Positions 1 through 8,098 of a stretch of 64,000 bases of DNA are shown piece after piece. The DNA comes from a virus: the IMG/VR virus record IMGVR_UViG_3300031088_000001. One strand, given 5' to 3'. Numbering within the stretch: position 1 is the stretch's first letter; each line of letters starts with the position of its first letter. A program made the position numbers and the translations under genes. Under the pieces are notes generated by a model. It worked only from the letters and a program-made list of their open reading frames with translations, was not told where the DNA came from and made no database searches.

Positions 1-20
1 CCAGTGATCTGGTCTCTCTC

Positions 21-398
21 ATGCACCTCCATCGGCTGTCGATGTTCCGGCGCCCGATGGAGGATAGCATCAACCATGTCAACTTCATGTTGAACGTTGG
101 TGTGTTGCACTACGACAGGGAGACGCAGCAACGAGTGTCGGCTGTCCAGATTCAACGTGTGTACACCGACGTCGATCAACAACGGAAGGGCCACTTCAAA
201 GCCTTCCTCCTCGCAATCGAAGCCGAAGCTGTACGGCTCAACTATGGTGTGGTGCGAGTCGATCAGGTGCACAATGAGCACTTGCTCGCATTCCTGGAGC
301 GATCTGGGTATGTGCGCTATGACGACGAAGTTGCACCTGTAATGGTAAAGCGACTGCCGCTTATGGTGAATCACCCATGGAACCAAGACACGCAATAA
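21..398 (+). CDS. GNAT-like N-acetyltransferase (possibly 5'-truncated by the window edge)
   Basis: ORF 21-398. Motif-A-like segment VYTDVDQQRKGHFKAFLLAIEAEA followed by NEHLLAFLERSGY. The frame stays open upstream to nt 3, so the true start may lie outside the window. Confidence 0.45.
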   Translation: MHLHRLSMFRRPMEDSINHVNFMLNVGVLHYDRETQQRVSAVQIQRVYTDVDQQRKGHFKAFLLAIEAEAVRLNYGVVRVDQVHNEHLLAFLERSGYVRYDDEVAPVMVKRLPLMVNHPWNQDTQ

Positions 399-895
399 TT
401 CTCACTGGCCTGTTCTGTTTGTGGACGCTGCTCATAATCTGGTTCTCACACAACCGTGCGCAGAAGCTCCGCAAAGATCAGGAAGCCTTCCAGAAGTTCA
501 TGGTTGAAAAGAGCGACGAACTCCAAGCGTCCATGAACGAACTGCGCACGCAAGGCCGTCTGGTCAACAACGTGCAACGAGCCACAAGCGGCGCGCTGTG
601 CAGTGCAGCCCGACTGCTGGCCGATGTGGTCATGAGCGTCAAGCACATTGCCAACTTGAGCAATGGTCACGAAAAGAAAGACCAGTTCGACAACCACATT
701 CGGGCGATCCTTGACGCCATCGAGAAGATCGACCTGAGTGCTGCTGAAAACCAGATGGTCAAACTCGGAGAATACCATGACGAACAAGAACGCCTCGAAC
801 AATCAGGTCGACGTAATGACACGGCTCGCAGCCGAATCAAACGGGGTGTCGACCGAGCATGTTACCTTAGCAATGAGAAACAAGGTAAAGAATGA
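377..895 (+). CDS. membrane-anchored coiled-coil protein, unknown function
   Basis: ATG at 377. N-terminal TM segment ILTGLFCLWTLLIIWF followed by a charged helical region. Hand-counted third-position GC drops after about nt 775, where the next gene's frame takes over. Confidence 0.55.
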   Translation: MEPRHAIILTGLFCLWTLLIIWFSHNRAQKLRKDQEAFQKFMVEKSDELQASMNELRTQGRLVNNVQRATSGALCSAARLLADVVMSVKHIANLSNGHEKKDQFDNHIRAILDAIEKIDLSAAENQMVKLGEYHDEQERLEQSGRRNDTARSRIKRGVDRACYLSNEKQGKE

Positions 896-959
896 CCTGT
901 GGCCGTTGATGTACACCGCAGGTCTGGGGCAAGTCCGCAAAGCGGCCGGCCTGAACTAA
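777..959 (+). CDS. small hypothetical protein (60 aa)
   Basis: Internal ATG of ORF 738-959 with GGAG 6 nt upstream. GC3 is about 70% by hand count, versus about 36% for the overlapping tail of 377-895. A terminator-like hairpin follows its stop directly. Confidence 0.5.
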   Translation: MTNKNASNNQVDVMTRLAAESNGVSTEHVTLAMRNKVKNDLWPLMYTAGLGQVRKAAGLN

Positions 960-963
960 ACGC

Positions 964-1000
964 AAGGCAGTGACGCCCAATGGGATAGCTGCCTTTTATT
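964..1000 (+). terminator. putative intrinsic terminator
   Basis: AAGGCAG (964-970) pairs with CTGCCTT (989-995) and runs into TTTTATT. The loop is large (18 nt) with an inner CCC/GGG pairing. Confidence 0.4.
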
Positions 1001-1016
1001 TGGCCTGTTTATGCAC

Positions 1017-1030
1017 TACTGATTTCAGTA
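1017..1030. promoter_or_regulatory. 14-bp perfect palindrome TACTGATTTCAGTA (operator-like, copy a)
   Basis: 6-2-6 inverted repeat immediately 5' of the AAGGAG SD of gene 1042-1425. Related copies lie at 1456-1469 and 8580-8593. Confidence 0.5.
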
Positions 1031-1041
1031 AAGGAGCAGTC

Positions 1042-1425
1042 ATGCTGCGATTCACTGCACAACATAACCAAGAGGTTGTAGCGACGCATAGCTTGAGCAA
1101 CCCGAGCCGTTGGGAGTCTGTGCTGAACAACACCTTCATTCAGCCGTACGCTGGTGAAGTCATTAAGCTGGAACGCTGGCAGTTCCTCCAGATCATCGTC
1201 AACATTAGCGCTGAGTCCCAGAAGCTGCTGGGTATGATCGGGCACAAGATGGGCAACCTCCACACGCTGGTGCACGCCAAACGGCACCCGGCCTACGTCA
1301 ACATTCGCGTCGGTGAGATTGACGACCCGATGGTTGATCTGATGGAGCTCAACGCCGTGCTGGGTCTGCTATACTCTGCGGCTAAGGGTAGCGACGTGGT
1401 CACGCTAACCAACGCGACTACCTAA
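1042..1425 (+). CDS. hypothetical protein (127 aa)
   Basis: Internal ATG of ORF 970-1425, preceded by AAGGAG. Confidence 0.65.
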   Translation: MLRFTAQHNQEVVATHSLSNPSRWESVLNNTFIQPYAGEVIKLERWQFLQIIVNISAESQKLLGMIGHKMGNLHTLVHAKRHPAYVNIRVGEIDDPMVDLMELNAVLGLLYSAAKGSDVVTLTNATT

Positions 1426-1449
1426 CCTATAATCTTCACCACTAAGTCC

Positions 1450-1479
1450 TTGTACTACTGATTTCAGTTATGCTATAAT
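1450..1479 (+). promoter_or_regulatory. sigma70-like promoter with extended -10
   Basis: TTGTAC (1450-1455), 18-nt spacer, then TGcTATAAT with TATAAT at 1474-1479. It lies in the 117-nt intergenic region upstream of the two HTH genes. Confidence 0.6.
1456..1469. promoter_or_regulatory. palindrome TACTGATTTCAGTT (operator-like, copy b) inside the promoter spacer
   Basis: Starts immediately after the -35 hexamer. Matches copy a at 13 of 14 positions. Confidence 0.5.
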
Positions 1480-1489
1480 GGTCGAGTGA

Positions 1490-1502
1490 AGCATACTATG
1501 CT
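1490..1502. promoter_or_regulatory. second palindrome AGCATAcTATGCT just downstream of the -10 element
   Basis: Perfect 6-1-6 inverted repeat about 11 nt after TATAAT. The region is bracketed by ACTAAGTCC (1441-1449) and GGACTTAGT (1520-1528). Confidence 0.4.
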
Positions 1503-1542
1503 CGCACTTCATTGGTTATGGACTTAGTTAAGGTAAACGAAC

Positions 1543-2082
1543 ATGACAACAAAACTACGCGGCGCACCAAAGCACGTCACCGAGGCAGCGAATCAAGGGC
1601 TCAAGGTGAAAGCCAAACGCAAACTATTCGGCCTGTCATCTGCTGACGTCGGTCGCATGATTGGCTTTGATGGTGTTCGCCTGAGTCGCGCCGAGGCTGG
1701 CTTGCGAGTAGTTGGCGCCTACGGCATTCTCAACCGTGCCCTGCACTTCCTGAAGGTGCTGGAGCAGAAGCACGGCGTTCGCCCACTCAAGGCTGTGAAG
1801 AAGACGCAACTCACTGTGGTCGCCAAGGCCATGGTTGAGCGCGTGTTTATCTCTGGTGCCGACGTGGTCACCGTGCCTGTCTCGGACGTGGAGCTGATCG
1901 TTACTCGGGAGACAGGTGCCGAAGTGTTTGTGGTGAACGAGCTGGCGATGCTGCTGGCTGCGTACTGCGCACGTACCAAGACGACCCAGGGTGAAATGTA
2001 CAACGTCGCCCTCAACAACGGGATCGTGACGTTCACGCGGTCCGCAAACTTTGCACCAATCGCATGGGAGGTTCTGCCATGA
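1543..2082 (+). CDS. HTH DNA-binding protein (XRE-like N-terminus) with an unknown C-terminal domain
   Basis: KRKLFGLSSADVGRMIGFDGVRLSRAEAG resembles a Cro/CI-type helix-turn-helix. First gene downstream of the predicted promoter. Confidence 0.6.
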   Translation: MTTKLRGAPKHVTEAANQGLKVKAKRKLFGLSSADVGRMIGFDGVRLSRAEAGLRVVGAYGILNRALHFLKVLEQKHGVRPLKAVKKTQLTVVAKAMVERVFISGADVVTVPVSDVELIVTRETGAEVFVVNELAMLLAAYCARTKTTQGEMYNVALNNGIVTFTRSANFAPIAWEVLP

Positions 2083-2579
2083 GCCGCATTGCATTCCACA
2101 TCTTCTACGCCGAACAGCGCGCCAAGTCTGGTCTGAACCGTGCAGAGTTTGCATCCAAGATCGGCATCAGCCACGAGACTGGCAGCAAGTACGAGAACGG
2201 CGAGTGGTACCCGAGCTTCGCCACGCTGCGCAAACTCGAACGCACCATGGACCAGAATCTGGAGCTGTTCTACACGCCGCCTGCGTATCGTCTGGAGCTC
2301 GACATTCTGACCGACGCGCCCAAGGCACTACCCGAAGAGTTGCTACGCATCATTCGCAAGCGTCGTGCGTGCACCTTCAAGTACGTCGGTGACATTGGCC
2401 GCACGGGCGCGTGCACCTTTCAGTTTCAGTCGAAGACGCGAGCGCACCTCGAGGAGATTATCGACACTTACTCGGCGAACGACCCAAGCGAAGCCGTGTA
2501 CCTGAAGAACACCATCAAGATGGTCGACTTCAATCCCGATGACGAATTCGGTGGCGTCAAGAACAACACCGTCGAGTAA
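2079..2579 (+). CDS. XRE-family HTH transcriptional regulator
   Basis: Internal ATG after GGGAGG. GLNRAEFASKIGISHETGSKYENGEWYPSFATLRKL is a typical Cro/CI HTH. Overlaps the previous stop by 4 nt. Confidence 0.75.
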   Translation: MSRIAFHIFYAEQRAKSGLNRAEFASKIGISHETGSKYENGEWYPSFATLRKLERTMDQNLELFYTPPAYRLELDILTDAPKALPEELLRIIRKRRACTFKYVGDIGRTGACTFQFQSKTRAHLEEIIDTYSANDPSEAVYLKNTIKMVDFNPDDEFGGVKNNTVE

Positions 2580-2645
2580 GAGATAAGTTTGCCTGTGCGT
2601 TCTGCGGAGCGCACAGTTGAGCTGGACTCACTCAAGGAGCAACAC

Positions 2646-3878
2646 ATGGACAAGACTAGCCTCCCGAAAGGCATCACGCTCGAAGGCTTCACGCCAGAGG
2701 GTAACCTGATTCTCACCAACGCGATGACTGCGTGGCCTGACGTTGTGAGCCATGGCGGCCGCCGGTTCAAAGCGCTGGCAGAAGACGCGAACGACACCAC
2801 GCGCATCTATGTCCAGACAAGTGGCGGGCTGCCAGACGGTACGTATACCCTGGGCACCGACAGCGTCGGCAATCTCGTACTCGGCATGCAGGCGGGTGAA
2901 GCGGTAGACTGGCCAGAGTCGTTTGAACTCGACGGTGTGAAGTATGTCGGCATTCCGTGCGTGCCAAACACCATGCGTGTGTACGCCGTTGCCGAGAACG
3001 TCGCGAAGGTTGAGCCGGTAACGCACGACTACAACTTCCACAAAGAACATCGCACCAGCCCGACGGCACTCGCCATGTGCCACGGTGACCGCGAGACCTT
3101 GCTGGAAATGACCAAGCAACCTGAGTACGACGTGCGCAACGTCAAGGTCACGATCACCTGCAACGGCTATGACCTGAGCCCTACAGAGTTTGATGCCTGG
3201 GTCAATGACATGGTCAGTCGTCGCGTAGCCAGCACCATGCGCGCCAAGGGCCTGCACAGTATCGAGTCGGCCGCACGTCGCCGCGTTATCGACGGTGTTC
3301 GTGGTCACTTCGACAGCATCGAAACCAGCATCGCCGAACTGATGCAGGTGATGGACATGCACCGCGACAGTCTCGACGGTATCGGGCGCATGTTCTGGGA
3401 TCACAAAGAGCAGAGCGAACTGGCAAGCCTCGGCTGCTTTAGCGTCGTGATGCCCAAGGCCCTCGAAACGTATATGGCCGAGCCGTCGCAACAATGGCGC
3501 CACAATGCCATGCTGTTCTTCATCGACCTGGTGCGCAACACCTACCAGAACGTGGACGAGTACGGCCGTGAGAAGTTTGAACGCCTAGCGTCGAACATCC
3601 GTGCGCAACTTGAAGCCAACGAGTGCGAACTGTTCGACTCGTGGTATGGCGTCGCCAAACAAGGTCACCAGATCAACGTAGCTGAGCTGGTAGAGTTGTT
3701 GGAAGCACGTTGGTTGGAAGAAGTGCGACCTGCGATAGATCAACTCGCCACAGAGCCTGATCCGCAAGGGCAGAAGACACGCAAGATTCAAGCGATCACG
3801 CGCACCTGCCGTACAGCCGCAATTACCGAATACCTTGAAGGCAAAGGTATCACTTGCAAGAAGGAAGAAGCCGAATGA
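2646..3878 (+). CDS. hypothetical protein (410 aa)
   Basis: Internal ATG of ORF 2589-3878, preceded by AAGGAG. ATGA-coupled to the downstream nucleotidyltransferase gene. Confidence 0.65.
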   Translation: MDKTSLPKGITLEGFTPEGNLILTNAMTAWPDVVSHGGRRFKALAEDANDTTRIYVQTSGGLPDGTYTLGTDSVGNLVLGMQAGEAVDWPESFELDGVKYVGIPCVPNTMRVYAVAENVAKVEPVTHDYNFHKEHRTSPTALAMCHGDRETLLEMTKQPEYDVRNVKVTITCNGYDLSPTEFDAWVNDMVSRRVASTMRAKGLHSIESAARRRVIDGVRGHFDSIETSIAELMQVMDMHRDSLDGIGRMFWDHKEQSELASLGCFSVVMPKALETYMAEPSQQWRHNAMLFFIDLVRNTYQNVDEYGREKFERLASNIRAQLEANECELFDSWYGVAKQGHQINVAELVELLEARWLEEVRPAIDQLATEPDPQGQKTRKIQAITRTCRTAAITEYLEGKGITCKKEEAE

Positions 3879-4723
3879 GTGCTGCACTGCAATATCGCCC
3901 ATCTGTTCGTCTACACCTGGAAGAAATCGCCAAGCGCGAAGGCATCGTGTTCATCCACGTTGCTGACGCTGGCAGCCGTAGCTGGGGTTCGCACACCGAC
4001 GAATCAGACATTGACCTGAAGTGCATCCACGTCAAACTTCCATGGGCACGCAGCATCGAGGACTCCATCGAAACCCTGCGCGACGATTCGCAAGTTCGCG
4101 TGCTGGGCAATCAAGGTCCGATGGAAGTGAAGATCGACCTGCAATCGTTTGAACTGCGCAAGGCGCTCCAGTTGTTGAGCCGTAGCGACCCAGTGTTCTA
4201 CGATATGCTGTACAGTCCGGGCGTCATGGCGCAATCGCCTATGGTCCAGTCGTGCATAGAGTCCATCGTGGTGTCGTATCAGAACCGAGCGCTCATGGCC
4301 CGACGCTATACGGAAATGGCGTACAACAATCTCTGGCCGGAGCGTACCTCACGCGACCCTGAGACGAGAAACTCACCGCCCACAAAGCGTATGTTGATGC
4401 TGGCGCTGCGCTTCCTGATGTTGGGTGAAGCGGTAATGCAGGACAAAGATTACAAGGTGCGCGACTATCCGGGCCTGATCAAATTCCATGTGGCACCCGG
4501 GTATGCACGCATGTGGCCAGACGTCATGGACTACAATGACGTGGAAGTCAAACACCACACAGCGATCATGCGCGACTACCTGGACTTCGTGACGCGCAAG
4601 CTCAAGGAGAACCCACTGGAAGGCGAGCGCAATCGCGATCTGCAACTCTGCCAACGTGCGTACTCCGCAATCACCAAGCACGTTATCCTCAACTACACTG
4701 AATCGCACCTCGACTGGAAGTAA
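3875..4723 (+). CDS. Pol-beta-fold predicted nucleotidyltransferase (PF10127 / RlaP-like, as I recall the family)
   Basis: HVADAGSRSWGSHTDESDIDLKCIHV fits the GS-x-GS...D-x-D nucleotidyltransferase signature. The downstream segment ELRKALQLLSRSDPVFYDMLYSP matches the helical part of that family. Confidence 0.7.
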   Translation: MSAALQYRPSVRLHLEEIAKREGIVFIHVADAGSRSWGSHTDESDIDLKCIHVKLPWARSIEDSIETLRDDSQVRVLGNQGPMEVKIDLQSFELRKALQLLSRSDPVFYDMLYSPGVMAQSPMVQSCIESIVVSYQNRALMARRYTEMAYNNLWPERTSRDPETRNSPPTKRMLMLALRFLMLGEAVMQDKDYKVRDYPGLIKFHVAPGYARMWPDVMDYNDVEVKHHTAIMRDYLDFVTRKLKENPLEGERNRDLQLCQRAYSAITKHVILNYTESHLDWK

Positions 4724-4726
4724 CCT

Positions 4727-5077
4727 ATGCTGATCCTGATGTTCCAAAGCCGTGAAGTTCTCGCTCGGCATCTGGCTAAGCAGTGCAAGCGCATTGCAGA
4801 AATTTCTCTGATCCAAGAAGACCTCGTGGACATTGAGTACCAGGACGGTGATCGGGTGAAGAAGTTTGTGGCTATCGGCGTGAGCGAATCGCATCTACCG
4901 TTGTCGCTCGGTCTGGTTACTTCATCGTCGCTGGCATTCACGGTGCACGGCGATGGCAGTCGCACGCCACACAGCTTTGACACGCTGGACCTGAGCCATC
5001 ACAAGCCAGTGGGTGAAGTGCTCGACCTCGTTCAGTCCAAAGTCACTGTCGAGACCAAGTGGAGGTTGACCAAATGA
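4727..5077 (+). CDS. hypothetical protein (116 aa)
   Basis: ORF packed tightly between its neighbours. ATGA overlap with the next gene. Confidence 0.6.
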   Translation: MLILMFQSREVLARHLAKQCKRIAEISLIQEDLVDIEYQDGDRVKKFVAIGVSESHLPLSLGLVTSSSLAFTVHGDGSRTPHSFDTLDLSHHKPVGEVLDLVQSKVTVETKWRLTK

Positions 5078-5865
5078 AAGCTAACGAAGTAACTACCAAG
5101 TATGCTCTGGTCTTTCGCGCACGGCTAAACTTGGGCAACCTCTTGAAGACATTCCAACAAGAGGCTTACCAGGCCAAGTTGACTGAATGTACCCACAAGT
5201 TTGTGTACGGCAATCAAGACCTGCAGATGGTTGTCGTTAGCCGCAAGCGCTTGGACACGCCAGCAAACAATCTGCTGACGCCCAACATCCCGCTGCGCTG
5301 GCGGCAAGAAGCGATTGCAGTGATCGAGCTGGATACCCTCGCCGGCTACTGCAACGTCAAAGGCACGTTCATGGCGCAAGAGCTAAGGGATGCGATTGCC
5401 ATGTACGCATCGCAACTGCCTGTGTACGACGGGCCTCTCGGGGTCTTGGTGGCAGAACAGCCAGCAGCCCGACCTGCAACGCCGAAGTACAAGCACGTCC
5501 TGATCTACCCGCATCGCACCGACCTGCTGGAGCGCCTGCACAACTACGGCCACGCAGCATACGCCGAAGAGTTCAGTGAGTCCATCAACATCCTGGGCTT
5601 CGACAACGTGCTGTACAAGCTGCTGACCGTTGATCTGCCGATGCCGATGGAACTCTGTGGTCAGAAGGACCTAGCTGTGCATGCCGACTGGCGCAAAGAC
5701 TTGGTCGCAGCGTACCGTCTTGAAAGCAGTCAGGTACACACGGCAGTGCCGCGTGCTGAGAACGATCGTGGCTTGCGCCTGTTTATCAACCTGCTGATTG
5801 ACCACTTACCGACTTACACAGGACCTATGGCGTACCTGATCGGCACGAAACAACAGTCGTCCTAG
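5074..5865 (+). CDS. hypothetical protein with an apparent internal duplication
   Basis: Internal ATG after GGAGG. Both halves end in similar segments: AMYASQLPVYDGPLGVLVAEQ and LLIDHLPTYTGPMAYLIGTKQ. Confidence 0.6.
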   Translation: MKANEVTTKYALVFRARLNLGNLLKTFQQEAYQAKLTECTHKFVYGNQDLQMVVVSRKRLDTPANNLLTPNIPLRWRQEAIAVIELDTLAGYCNVKGTFMAQELRDAIAMYASQLPVYDGPLGVLVAEQPAARPATPKYKHVLIYPHRTDLLERLHNYGHAAYAEEFSESINILGFDNVLYKLLTVDLPMPMELCGQKDLAVHADWRKDLVAAYRLESSQVHTAVPRAENDRGLRLFINLLIDHLPTYTGPMAYLIGTKQQSS

Positions 5866-5884
5866 TTCAGGACGCGGAGGAAGT

Positions 5885-6442
5885 ATGAACACCAACAGTG
5901 AAATGCGTCGCATCACCGAAGTGAAGCAAGGCGCTAGTGGCGGATTCCAAGTTCGTTTCTACTCGCCACAGACAATCAACCAGTGGTTCCCGATGGGTGA
6001 TGACCGAGAGGCAGCACTCAAAAAGGCGAAGACCTGGCGTAACTCGCGTGAGCGTGAGTTTGGCATTACCAGCAGCGACTATGGTGTGCGTCGCCCGCGT
6101 AAGCGCCACGGTAACAGCAAGGCAGACACTGGTGTGTTTGTCGCAATCGGCTACAAGGGTGACCGCTTCTACGCCGACGTCATGGGTGTGCTCAACTACA
6201 CCGACGAGACAGGTAAGTCGAAGCGCAAGCAGAAGGCTCACAGCATCCTCAAGCACGGCTACCACACAGCGTACTTGCTGGCGCTGAAAGATCGCTGCGA
6301 AATGGCTGGGCTGCCGTTGCCGGAAGAAGTGACGATTCCCAAGCTGTCCAGCGACCAGATCGACAAGCTGCGCCAGGAAGGTGCAACGCTCAAAAGTCTC
6401 ACGGAGAAGGCAACTGTGCCGTGGACGGGTGTTCTGGCATAA
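5885..6442 (+). CDS. possible AP2-like DNA-binding protein
   Basis: Two segments (GGFQVRFYSP...AALKKAKTWR and TGVFVAIGYKGDRFYADV...HTAYLLALKDR) loosely fit the beta-sheet-plus-helix AP2 / integrase DNA-binding pattern seen in phage proteins. Confidence 0.4.
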   Translation: MNTNSEMRRITEVKQGASGGFQVRFYSPQTINQWFPMGDDREAALKKAKTWRNSREREFGITSSDYGVRRPRKRHGNSKADTGVFVAIGYKGDRFYADVMGVLNYTDETGKSKRKQKAHSILKHGYHTAYLLALKDRCEMAGLPLPEEVTIPKLSSDQIDKLRQEGATLKSLTEKATVPWTGVLA

Positions 6443-6457
6443 CTCAATTTATTGAGT
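6442..6457. promoter_or_regulatory. 16-bp perfect palindrome ACTCAATTTATTGAGT
   Basis: Begins at the stop codon of 5885-6442 in a 36-nt intergenic gap. It has no T-tract, so it looks more like an operator or protein-binding site than a terminator. Confidence 0.35.
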
Positions 6458-6478
6458 GCCAACACTGGAGTATCGAAC

Positions 6479-7048
6479 ATGAAACTAATCCAACATGCAA
6501 CTGTCCCATCGAAGACCACCTGGAAACAGGAAGGTAAGTTGAAGTCCCTGCTGCGCGTCCTACACATATCGCACACTGGCCTGCCGGAGTTTAGTGACGG
6601 GGCGATACCCGACGCGCTACTGCGCTTCATCAACGATCGGGCTTGCAAGACCTTTGGTAGCATCACGCTGCGGACTGGGGAGCTCCTACGCAATGCGACC
6701 GAGGAACAGAAGAACAAGCGAGTCACCATCCACTACCTGATTCGTGAAGAACAGGAAAGCCAACTGCTGGATATGTTGGAGCGATGGAGTGAGCAGCCGC
6801 CTAAGCTGCGCGTACCAGTGAGCCCTGCTGCACCCAAAGCGATGTTGTTTTGCATCGACAAAGGCGAAGAGGCGTTCATCTGGACAGCGACGCAAGGCAG
6901 ACAGCTACTGGAAGAAACGCTGCCAGTGAGCGCACGCACGTTCCGCCAGAACGGACACACGTTGCGCCCGACTGCAACTACACTCGACGGCATCTTGAAC
7001 AGCATGGTGCCTGTCGTCGAAGATCGTTACTCCCGAATGGAGAACTAA
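6479..7048 (+). CDS. hypothetical protein (189 aa)
   Basis: Internal ATG of ORF 6452-7048, preceded by GGAG. Confidence 0.6.
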   Translation: MKLIQHATVPSKTTWKQEGKLKSLLRVLHISHTGLPEFSDGAIPDALLRFINDRACKTFGSITLRTGELLRNATEEQKNKRVTIHYLIREEQESQLLDMLERWSEQPPKLRVPVSPAAPKAMLFCIDKGEEAFIWTATQGRQLLEETLPVSARTFRQNGHTLRPTATTLDGILNSMVPVVEDRYSRMEN

Positions 7049-7049
7049 C

Positions 7050-7586
7050 ATGGGTAAAAGCATTGGCGAAATGCTGGACAATCCGATTGATCAGGAAGCC
7101 ATAGCGATCCTGCAAAACTATGAGCGGCACGCAAACAATGCCAGACAGTTCTTTCTGGCGGTCGCTGGCGAACCTATCGAAGCAGGTCGCGTGGTAGCAA
7201 TCGACAAGAGTGCACCGCGTATTTCTGGCATGCCTGTTGTCTTTGAACTGCCGTACGGGGCTCAGAATCGGGCTAAGCGTATCGAGTCCAAGAAGCAAGC
7301 GCGCCGTGTCTTTGGACTTCCATGTGTGGTGCACGACAGCATTTACATGGGCGACAACCCAGAGCGCATCCTGTTCTACGTCGGTGACGGGAAGCATACG
7401 AGCTACCCTATCCACGATGCGCGCGGTTATGGCGGACATATGGACTGGCCGAGTGTAGGTACTGTTGGACACTGTGACTTCGGACCTCCTCGAATTCCAG
7501 ACGTACACGACCTATGCTGGCGCGACAGCTACCCAACGTACCTCGCGCAATTCATTAAATCGTTAGCACAAGGAACCCAAGCATGA
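7050..7586 (+). CDS. hypothetical protein (178 aa)
   Basis: ORF starts 2 nt after the previous stop. Confidence 0.6.
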   Translation: MGKSIGEMLDNPIDQEAIAILQNYERHANNARQFFLAVAGEPIEAGRVVAIDKSAPRISGMPVVFELPYGAQNRAKRIESKKQARRVFGLPCVVHDSIYMGDNPERILFYVGDGKHTSYPIHDARGYGGHMDWPSVGTVGHCDFGPPRIPDVHDLCWRDSYPTYLAQFIKSLAQGTQA

Positions 7587-8098
7587 TGCTCATTACTCTC
7601 CTGTCCGCCGCACTTGCCTATGCCATCGTATGCGCTAGCGGAGAGCACCCACGCATCGTCGACCTGTGGACGTTGTTGAACAGTCCGAACTTGATCTGGC
7701 AGTTCCTGTTCTTCACCGTGCTGTTTACGGCACTGGGTATCGCAGCGAAAGAGTACCGTGCCAAGGCTGCGATTCTGCGCGCTGCAATGTCACGTCGCCG
7801 TCACCCGAAGCTGCGCAAGCTGATTCTTGCGGGCGTTGGTGAAGGCAGCTTCGCGTACCTAGCCAAGCAAGTGCAGTACGGTACGCAGGGTGAAGCCAAC
7901 TGGCTGCCTGCCATGAGCACCGTGTATGTGATCTGCCTTGCAGACGAAGTGAAAGAGGACCCTACACGCGAACCCACTGCCGTGTGCGTCCCGTACTTTG
8001 AAGGCGCCAAGAACTACTCGCCGTCGATGACGGTTGAGGTGCCGCTGCAAGACCTGTACAAACACGTTCCCCGCCACTTGATTCCGGAGCTGATCTAA
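7583..8098 (+). CDS. membrane protein (two predicted TM helices)
   Basis: Hydrophobic segments LITLLSAALAYAIVCA and LIWQFLFFTVLFTALGIAA. ATGA overlap with the upstream gene. Confidence 0.6.
   Translation: MMLITLLSAALAYAIVCASGEHPRIVDLWTLLNSPNLIWQFLFFTVLFTALGIAAKEYRAKAAILRAAMSRRRHPKLRKLILAGVGEGSFAYLAKQVQYGTQGEANWLPAMSTVYVICLADEVKEDPTREPTAVCVPYFEGAKNYSPSMTVEVPLQDLYKHVPRHLIPELI

Noticed and set aside
738-776. The longer form of ORF 738-959, starting at 738
   Set aside because: There is no SD at 738. The internal ATG at 777 has GGAG 6 nt upstream, so the shorter form is reported instead.
2593-2616. 7-bp hairpin (CTGTGCG ... CGCACAG) after the XRE gene
   Set aside because: No T-tract follows, and the next gene starts 30 nt downstream with a strong SD. 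It is probably incidental or a minor RNA structure.
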